A DNA stretch of 64,000 nt from Parcubacteria group bacterium (GTDB lineage: Bacteria > Patescibacteriota > Minisyncoccia > UBA6257 > JACRHW01), in the NCBI GenBank assembly GCA_016217555.1, contig JACRHW010000023.1, positions 466 through 64,465 of the forward strand, written 5' to 3'. Shown here piece after piece: positions 58,801 through 64,000 of the stretch. The notes below the pieces were generated by a model. It had not been told where the DNA came from and did no database searches. It saw nothing but the letters and a program-made list of their open reading frames with translations. The position numbers and the translations under genes were made by a program. Every line of letters begins with the position of its first letter. Positions within the stretch are counted from its first letter, which is position 1.

Positions 58801-59867
58801 AGATGCCCCGACAAATCAGTTACCTGGAAAAAGCCAGTTGTACCTGCGTTCGAAGTCAAACTAAAATTAGTGCCTCCATTAGCAGTTGAAGCAGTGAATC
58901 CGGCAAAGCTGTTGTTGGTAACATAGTAAACTGCCACTCTTCCACCGCCACCAGCGGTATTGCCGATATGGCCAGCATCACTTGAATATCCACTACTACC
59001 CCCATTCGCCACCAGACTCCCTGAACCGGTCAACGTTCCTACTGTCACATAGATTGATCCACCAGAGCCTCCACCAGCGGCGCCATTTCTGCTTCCCCCA
59101 CTAGTCCCGTTGGCGGTAATGGTTCCATTGAGCGTCAGCGTATTAGTCACACTCAGACGAATTGCGCCACCACCAGTACCACCAAACGCACCGCCACTAG
59201 TACAGCAACTACCGGAACCACCCGATCCAAAATCGATTGGTGCCACTGAGGAACCATATGTGGCCTCCGGTGTATTGGGCCCATTGCCCGCTCCGCCATA
59301 TGTCCCACCATTACCATCGTTGTTACAGTTGAGTGGTCCACCACCTGGACCAACACCTGCCGATGAACAGTTGGTGCCGGCAAAACCCTGTCCATCAGCG
59401 ACAATCAATGCCCCACTGGCAACAGACACGTAGGCAAATGAGACTGGAATCTTCGCGCCGCTCGATCCATAAATCTCACTGCCAACAACGAGTCGTCCTG
59501 AGCCAAGAATCGTCAGTGTGCCACCACCGTTAAATGACCAGCCACTCGATTCGTATGTACAACCATGATCACCCACACCAGTACTGTTGAGCGACATACC
59601 ACTCGTACCGCCAATAGTAAGGGTAACACCATCATTAATAGTAAGATTACCGATGTTTGAAGGAATATCACTCGCGTCACACCAGATGGTATTTGTTGAG
59701 ATAGTAGAATCGGTTGCAAAAACACGCGGAATATAATGAAAAGAAAGAACAACAACAACAGATAGTATTACAAAAAAAACAATACTGATATGAAAAAATC
59801 GTTTATGTGTTACTATATTCAATAATTTTTTTATGGAAAACATGTTCAGTAAAAAATCAAAATCCAA
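55833..59867 (-). CDS. Giant (1,344 aa) cell-surface protein: N-terminal anchor/signal, duplicated Gly-rich beta-helix modules with GGGAIR (polymorphic-membrane-protein-like) motifs, PG_binding_1-like domain, Ig/Fn3-like domains, CarboxypepD_reg-like domain, C-terminal TM + basic tail
   Basis: Internal duplication of a ~160-aa module (...FGGTGGGAIRLSVTNTLTLNGTITANG...GGGSGGSIYVTVGTLTGSGSLVANGG... and ...GGGAGGGAIRFALSGTLTLDGSITTNG...GGGAGGSVYINTGLLTGSGSVVANGG...). GDDVYVLKSFLAKSGLYSGPISPFFGPKTEGAVGEFQ matches the peptidoglycan-binding motif. C-terminus LLGLIILILLCAIILKRAKNTNR. Confidence 0.8.
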   Translation of the reverse strand: MDFDFLLNMFSIKKLLNIVTHKRFFHISIVFFVILSVVVVLSFHYIPRVFATDSTISTNTIWCDASDIPSNIGNLTINDGVTLTIGGTSGMSLNSTGVGDHGCTYESSGWSFNGGGTLTILGSGRLVVGSEIYGSSGAKIPVSFAYVSVASGALIVADGQGFAGTNCSSAGVGPGGGPLNCNNDGNGGTYGGAGNGPNTPEATYGSSVAPIDFGSGGSGSCCTSGGAFGGTGGGAIRLSVTNTLTLNGTITANGTSGGSRNGAAGGGSGGSIYVTVGTLTGSGSLVANGGSSGYSSDAGHIGNTAGGGGRVAVYYVTNNSFAGFTASTANGGTNFSLTSNAGTTGFFQVTDLSGHLTDATRRLSVYKNFVYPASTTLAIQTLVVASGGTVLTGDSSTIILAGTLAVNGGSLTIGANSPITVGSTIIVDGGGTFITGTTSPITAGSTVTVSSSLMTLGGASDLTVSGALNIVGTSTVTLGGKNTNAVSGGVGVVITATNMQVDSGASITANGQGYVGSISCGGSGGSGPGGGGDRSCGGYGGGGGGHGGAGAAGNWGEGSAGTAGAIYDSATTPTDLGSGGGGGAGGGAGGGAIRFALSGTLTLDGSITTNGVAGSDQGGGGAGGSVYINTGLLTGSGSVVANGGNSTSTTGGAGGGGRIAIYFTNRLADTSMRAVNAGIAGRLSGGVGTIVFGAQPTTTALDPSDGITTGSSVFFGMTVNDGDARTLNVRLQYVTRNDTNCASETFSSGITTLDSTSTPGWSGTGIYNTSGGAQSAYLIRTGLSNANYCWRAAAKASTGGYTDYGAFSTTRLFVVNPLSLALGALFNSHTVSLTITPAPPVVSNSTPIIVGPAPTPPSQNQQQTTPTSTQPIVPELPPQLAFLRPLVLGSQGDDVYVLKSFLAKSGLYSGPISPFFGPKTEGAVGEFQCIQGIACEGSPVYGKVLKNTLAKLNILVPDLLDLNLFKNQTSVSNVKNVEISSQQDALLLEWQNPPQSELKTIKVVRSETFYPLTLQEGTVIFEGKAQQATDTTAQQGKKYYYSIFTIDTKGNVASGAIVATPTPTLTTPSIETFVVNTPSLISTTPSKPFEQNISPTPPFLSIITDIGGREMIHTVTSSNPIETTTETPLIFSLLQDQAQASVKAITLHFDTTSYLLAPTEMKDTFSAHVVAPQERGAYEATVSVLYKDGSSKEITTNILVDPSGYVYTKRGGEEWRIPNAYVRLYKQDEHTNAFTLWNAISYAQKNPYITGGDGVFAFFVPQGTYYLTASKLGYTDVKTEIFKVESQLLTRTIELKPIGFRETIINTLYSGGIRDRVTLWKLLGLIILILLCAIILKRAKNTNR

Positions 59868-59934
59868 AGGTCAAAACTACAACGCAAAACCTAAAACTAG
59901 TAACTCCTAAAAGCTAACAGCTATGGGCTAAAAG

Positions 59935-60669
59935 CTAGTTTGGTGTTGCCGTAAGTGTAACTGTCGCTCCATAACTTCCATCAGAAATTGTAGCACCTTT
60001 ATTCTCTGCTTTATAGCGAATAGTTGTAGTGTTTCCCACTGCAGACGTTCTCGTATAAATTCTGCTTACAAGTTCCTTGGTGGCGCCCTTAAGGCCCAAA
60101 AAACATAAACCATTTGCAGTCCCACCTCCACATGTTGACCCCGTATTTTTAAAGTTGGTCATCACATCCATTCCTGTTGCAGAAAATCCGAACGCAGCAC
60201 CCGTTGCAAGTTGCCATAATTCAGGAATAGTACTTACCGCTTCGGAGTAATCATTGATCGAACTTGAACTAGAAGCAAGTGCCGGAGTACCGCTCGCATT
60301 AATTTCTAATTTGTATCCTGCAGGATTATCAGTAATTACCGTTACAGAAGTGGTACCAGAAGCGACACCGGATACTCCACTCTGCAGAGCAGGAGTAAGC
60401 GTTGTCGAACTGGCAAGAGATATAGAAATAAAAGACTCGTTGAGCTGTAAAAAACCACCGAAAGCCCTATAGCTTGCACTCTGCATAAGTCCGGGAGCAA
60501 GTTCTCCTGAAGTATCTGTTGCTCTATAATTTGTAGAACTACTAAGACCGGATGCATCATTCAAAGAGTCCTGCAAAATTTTGAAATTTTGGGAACTCAT
60601 AGTATCACCCCACACAAGTGAGGTGAGAATAAAAAAGGCAATTACACTAATGCTGGCACGTGTGATCAT
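59935..60669 (-). CDS. Secreted Ser/Thr/Gly-rich surface protein (244 aa), possibly WxL/cell-wall-associated-like
   Basis: Signal peptide MITRASISVIAFFILTSLVWG, low-complexity S/T/G-rich beta-rich sequence, and a single ELWQL motif. The assignment is tentative. Confidence 0.55.
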   Translation of the reverse strand: MITRASISVIAFFILTSLVWGDTMSSQNFKILQDSLNDASGLSSSTNYRATDTSGELAPGLMQSASYRAFGGFLQLNESFISISLASSTTLTPALQSGVSGVASGTTSVTVITDNPAGYKLEINASGTPALASSSSSINDYSEAVSTIPELWQLATGAAFGFSATGMDVMTNFKNTGSTCGGGTANGLCFLGLKGATKELVSRIYTRTSAVGNTTTIRYKAENKGATISDGSYGATVTLTATPN

Positions 60670-60687
60670 AGAAGAAATGACAAAATA

Positions 60688-62949
60688 CTACGGACTAGTA
60701 CTCGATGCCGTGCTTGTAGTTTCGGAAAATAGTGTTTCTGTCTGAGTTGATGTCGCCGTTGAGTTTGATAAGACAGGCACGGAAGATGTTGATGAGGTGT
60801 TTTCGGGTGTATCAAGTTGCTCGCACGTACCTTTCATTTTTGTAATTTCTCCATTTTGGAGGGTCAGACAATAATAGTCGCCTGTAATCTTATCCTTCAT
60901 GGTTACTCCATTTTCCACCTGGATATATTTTGTACCAAGAAAGGACGTCTGAATTTTATCGAACACCCATGTCCCTGTAGCTTTAACAGTGCCGGTAAAC
61001 GAGGCAAGAGCATTCGTAAGCATTCCCGAAAAACTACCCGACGAAACACCTCCACCACCAAATACATCATCCCCAAGGTGATACCCAAGATTTGCAAAAA
61101 CAAGAATTATTTTAATCTCGCTTGATATCTCGCCTTCATAATTCTCAAGAGCGTAACCAATAATTCTCCCTGATTTCGTTGCTTTCATACCAACCCCTGC
61201 AATATCACTTGAGGTAATTGGGTCACCAATGTGTATCGATCCATTTTTAAGTGAAATTTTTGTAGGAACACGGCCAGAGAGAGCGAGAGGAACACTTTTC
61301 TCCATACTCCCCCCAAGAAGTACACCAGGTTTCTTTGAAACAATACCCAACAACTTATTATCATAAGAAACACTTGACTTACTAACCCCAAGAGATTGAT
61401 TAGAAAAACTTACAATATCTCCAGATTCTAGCGAAGCATCAGAAGCAATATAATTCTCAGCAAGATCAGCACCACCAGGAGTAAATGTTCCATCCGCATA
61501 TACATTACCATTAGTATCAACACGAAAAACTGTATTTTGAACACTTCCGACATCACTGAACGCCTGAAAAATATTTACCGCAGAGGTACTCGTCGCAAGA
61601 TATACATCAAGAGTAGAAGATGGATTTGTACTACCAATCCCCACCCTCCTTTGAGCAAAATCCCCATAGATAAGAGGCGTACTCGAATTATTCGCAATAT
61701 ATAATTTATTGGAACCGGTTTCGTTGTAGCCTGATTGATAACCAAGGAAAAGATTACCATTTCCAAGAGAAGAATAGCCCGCCTGATTACCCAATCCTAC
61801 ATTTTGTGTTCCAGTTAAATTGGAGTACAGAGAATTAAAACCCACAGAAACATTCTCTGATCCAGAAGTATTGAAACGTAAGGCAGCAGAACCCAAGGCG
61901 GTGTTATTGCCACCAAAAGTATCACTGGCAAGTGCATATCCTCCTATTGCTGTATTTATACCACCAGTGGTGTTGGTAGTAAGCGCCCCATCCCCTAAGG
62001 CGACATTGCCACTACCCGTGGTATTACTAAAAAGAGACCTCCAGCCGATACCAACATTAGAGGCACCAGTAGTGTTTGCACCCCCAACCTCGCTTCCAAC
62101 AAATATATTATGTATACCTCCACCACCAGCATTGTTTATATTGCCAGAGCTAGTACCCAAAAATAAATTCGTTGAATCATCCGAGTGCAAACGGAAAAGC
62201 TCAGAACCCGTATTCGTGAGAACTTGGATGATTGGATTTGAGTTTGATTGGGTGCTATTTGCGCGAACAATGAGTTGTGGAATATTTGCAGTTCCCTTGA
62301 CGTCGAGCGCAGCAGAAGGAGTTGAGGTGCCAATACCTAGTCGCACGTTCACTTCATCGTATGTAGAGCTTGCTCCGAAAAATATTTTCCCTTTTGTTGC
62401 GTTTGCTGTTGATTGTAACGTAAGATTTTCACCAGATGCGGTTCCACCTTGCAATGTTTGCCCACCCGATCTTCCCGCAAGAAGTGCAAATTCCGTTTCA
62501 CTTTTTCCTCCCACCTTGTTTGCATTAAACGCAAAAACAGAAGCACCAATACGCTTCCTTGGAGTCATCTCAGCATCCGAGCCAATTTGAACACCCAGAT
62601 AAAGTGGATCCTGGTTAAAATCTACAGCACCCAATGCCCCGCTACTCTCAATCAACGTACCACTTCCAATCAAAGCACTAAATAACCCATTTGCTGTGGT
62701 CGCACTTTGTTGTTCAGCGTAGAGAGCCGATCCACCGCTTGAAACACCATAAATACGAAACTTAACGGTATAGGCTGCATCCGCCACGGCAACATTATTT
62801 GTATCAGTAAGTTTTGCCTGATATGAAATAAGTGAAGTGATTGTAGCATGAGACGTAATAGGAAAGACGATAAAAGAAAAAACAACGTATCCTGATACTA
62901 CGCAGCGTAATAATAATCCCCGTATCTTTTTCACCGCAATCTTTTGCAA
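60688..62949 (-). CDS. Fiber-like secreted protein (753 aa) with 17-residue N(V/T)A(L/I)G..AL..NTTG.. beta-roll repeats (YadA-head / phage-tail-fiber-like)
   Basis: N-terminal signal/anchor. Six or more consecutive 17-aa repeats (NVGIGWRSLFSNTTGSG / NVALGDGALTTNTTGGI / NTAIGGYALASDTFGGN ...). C-terminal globular domain and S/T-rich tail. Confidence 0.7.
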   Translation of the reverse strand: MQKIAVKKIRGLLLRCVVSGYVVFSFIVFPITSHATITSLISYQAKLTDTNNVAVADAAYTVKFRIYGVSSGGSALYAEQQSATTANGLFSALIGSGTLIESSGALGAVDFNQDPLYLGVQIGSDAEMTPRKRIGASVFAFNANKVGGKSETEFALLAGRSGGQTLQGGTASGENLTLQSTANATKGKIFFGASSTYDEVNVRLGIGTSTPSAALDVKGTANIPQLIVRANSTQSNSNPIIQVLTNTGSELFRLHSDDSTNLFLGTSSGNINNAGGGGIHNIFVGSEVGGANTTGASNVGIGWRSLFSNTTGSGNVALGDGALTTNTTGGINTAIGGYALASDTFGGNNTALGSAALRFNTSGSENVSVGFNSLYSNLTGTQNVGLGNQAGYSSLGNGNLFLGYQSGYNETGSNKLYIANNSSTPLIYGDFAQRRVGIGSTNPSSTLDVYLATSTSAVNIFQAFSDVGSVQNTVFRVDTNGNVYADGTFTPGGADLAENYIASDASLESGDIVSFSNQSLGVSKSSVSYDNKLLGIVSKKPGVLLGGSMEKSVPLALSGRVPTKISLKNGSIHIGDPITSSDIAGVGMKATKSGRIIGYALENYEGEISSEIKIILVFANLGYHLGDDVFGGGGVSSGSFSGMLTNALASFTGTVKATGTWVFDKIQTSFLGTKYIQVENGVTMKDKITGDYYCLTLQNGEITKMKGTCEQLDTPENTSSTSSVPVLSNSTATSTQTETLFSETTSTASSTSP

Positions 62950-63017
62950 AAAAGTTATGTAAAAAAAGAATAAAACGAAACTATTATTAGTATATCAAAT
63001 TAAATGTTCGTAAGCAT

Positions 63018-63860
63018 CTAAGTTATCCACAAAGTACGAAATCTGATAACAAGAAAAGCTAAAACAATAGCAAGAAAGATCGCACGAAGAGGTAAGACAA
63101 AAAGATAATTGGTTTTTTGATGTTCTCCCTGAAGATCAAGGGAAACAGAGTAGACCCCCCACTGACGAATAGAGTAGGGAATTCCTATTTTTTTTTCCTC
63201 ACCAGGGAGTATATAAAAAGGCGCGACAGGAACTTCGACAGACTTACCACCAAATACGCTCTTTACCGAAATATTCCCAGACTGCTTCATGTATACGTTT
63301 CCAGAATTTTTGTACTGTATACCAAAGGCAACATCAGAACCTTCCTGCACCAAAGGCACCTCAAATTTCTTAAGCAGACCCGATGGGTGGAGTGCGTGTT
63401 GAGTGTCTATGGTCACAAAAACCTCGGTTGATACTCTACTTACCACCATCACACCACCACCGTTCCGTGTATTTTCACTTATCACGACATTGGCGTAATA
63501 CACTCCATCTCCAATTCCCCCAGGGGCTTGGATAACAAGCGAAGAAGAAATTTTCTCGTTGGGGCGTAAGGTGAAAACAGGAACTTCTACAGTAATCCAG
63601 TCATGGGCATCTGCGACACCATTACCACGACCTTCAGGAGCTACTTTAAAATCAACGGTTTCGTTACTATGATTTACAATAGTGAGAGTACTTGTCCCCA
63701 TTCGATGTTCTGTGAGATCAAAATCAAAATGAACCGGAGAAACAATAAAATCATTTCCCGCAGACAACGGAATGTGTGTAATAGTAAACGCATGCGCGTG
63801 GGGAACAATAAGCCCCACTATTAGACCTAAACTAATAAAAAAATACGTTATTAATTTCAT
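63018..63860 (-). CDS. Secreted two-domain beta-rich protein with C-terminal TM anchor (280 aa)
   Basis: Signal peptide MKLITYFFISLGLIVGLIVPHAHA and C-terminal LFVLPLRAIFLAIVLAFLVIRFRTLWIT. Contains an A9 run (63188-63196, minus strand). The architecture is reminiscent of Gram-positive DUF916/DUF3324-type anchored surface proteins; this is tentative. Confidence 0.55.
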   Translation of the reverse strand: MKLITYFFISLGLIVGLIVPHAHAFTITHIPLSAGNDFIVSPVHFDFDLTEHRMGTSTLTIVNHSNETVDFKVAPEGRGNGVADAHDWITVEVPVFTLRPNEKISSSLVIQAPGGIGDGVYYANVVISENTRNGGGVMVVSRVSTEVFVTIDTQHALHPSGLLKKFEVPLVQEGSDVAFGIQYKNSGNVYMKQSGNISVKSVFGGKSVEVPVAPFYILPGEEKKIGIPYSIRQWGVYSVSLDLQGEHQKTNYLFVLPLRAIFLAIVLAFLVIRFRTLWIT

Positions 63861-64000
63861 TGATGCGATTTTGGTGGTATCGTCCGTGCCTGAGATGGCG
63901 TTACCACACGCAAAGATTGAATCCTCGCCTCTATATCACTTTTCTGAAGAGGGGTAGCAAAAACCAACGCTTTCTCATAATAAGAAATACCCGCAGACGA
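63857..64000 (-). CDS. 3' end (last 47 codons) of an upstream gene running off the window; stop TGA overlaps the next ATG (ATGA)
   Basis: Open frame from the window edge (...SLRVVTPSQARTIPPKSHQ*). Translational-coupling overlap with the 63860 start. Confidence 0.4.
   Translation of the reverse strand, partial: SSAGISYYEKALVFATPLQKSDIEARIQSLRVVTPSQARTIPPKSHQ

Noticed and set aside
60688-62949. Prophage tail-fiber gene / prophage region
   Set aside because: The fiber-like repeats resemble phage fibers, but neighbours are signal-peptide surface proteins and an RHH regulator. No capsid, portal, terminase, integrase or att-like repeats are visible in the window.

Overview
Reading the six-frame track and the raw sequence together, this 64-kb window looks like a low-GC, gene-dense bacterial chromosome segment. 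From the gene content (many Shine-Dalgarno-poor leaders, several very large secreted/anchored proteins, reduced metabolism) I infer a small-genome, possibly Patescibacteria/CPR-like, organism. This is an inference only.

Main contents in order:
- LOG-family protein, a V-type H+-pyrophosphatase (hppA), an htpX/lemA pair, and tRNA-Glu(UUC) and tRNA-Ser(UGA).
- A dihydrouridine synthase, an S8/S53 peptidase, a TrpF-like barrel, and an Lnt-like acyltransferase.
- Two tandem paralogous ~1,000-1,200-aa surface proteins with Ig-like repeats; the second is split by a +1 frameshift in a C5 tract.
- SufS/SufU, a UvrD-type helicase fused to a Cas4/RecB-type nuclease, and a nucleoside-deoxyribosyltransferase-like/guanylate-kinase-like fusion.
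- An M50 site-2 protease, a pentose-phosphate/glycolysis/redox block (rpe, rpiB, gap, trxB, grx, dsbA-like), and prfA.
- A lytic transglycosylase, L25/Ctc, a glycoside hydrolase, comEC, the dnaG-rpoD pair, groES-groEL, and an hrcA-grpE-dnaK-X-dnaJ-rmuC heat-shock block with two textbook CIRCE operators.
- At the right end, a five-gene minus-strand surface-protein operon: a 1,344-aa Gly-rich beta-helix protein with a peptidoglycan-binding domain, a 753-aa fiber-like beta-roll repeat protein, two smaller secreted proteins, and a small ribbon-helix-helix regulator.

The most unusual non-coding features:
1. A ~135-145-nt long-hairpin element in two copies (hppA 5' region and inside the dnaK operon), with all three stems preserved by different or compensatory sequence.
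2. An identical 20-nt cassette placed directly before the ATG of rpiB, gap and grx, creating a 4-codon uORF (MFIL) whose TGA overlaps the main start codon.
3. A TACGAA-repeat/palindrome module upstream of rpiB and gap.
4. (A)AGCTAA tandem repeats in place of Shine-Dalgarno sequences in the heat-shock gene leaders.
5. A ~1-kb ORF-free gap next to groES containing a perfect 36-bp SD/anti-SD palindrome.

No CRISPR array, rRNA gene or obvious mobile element was seen.
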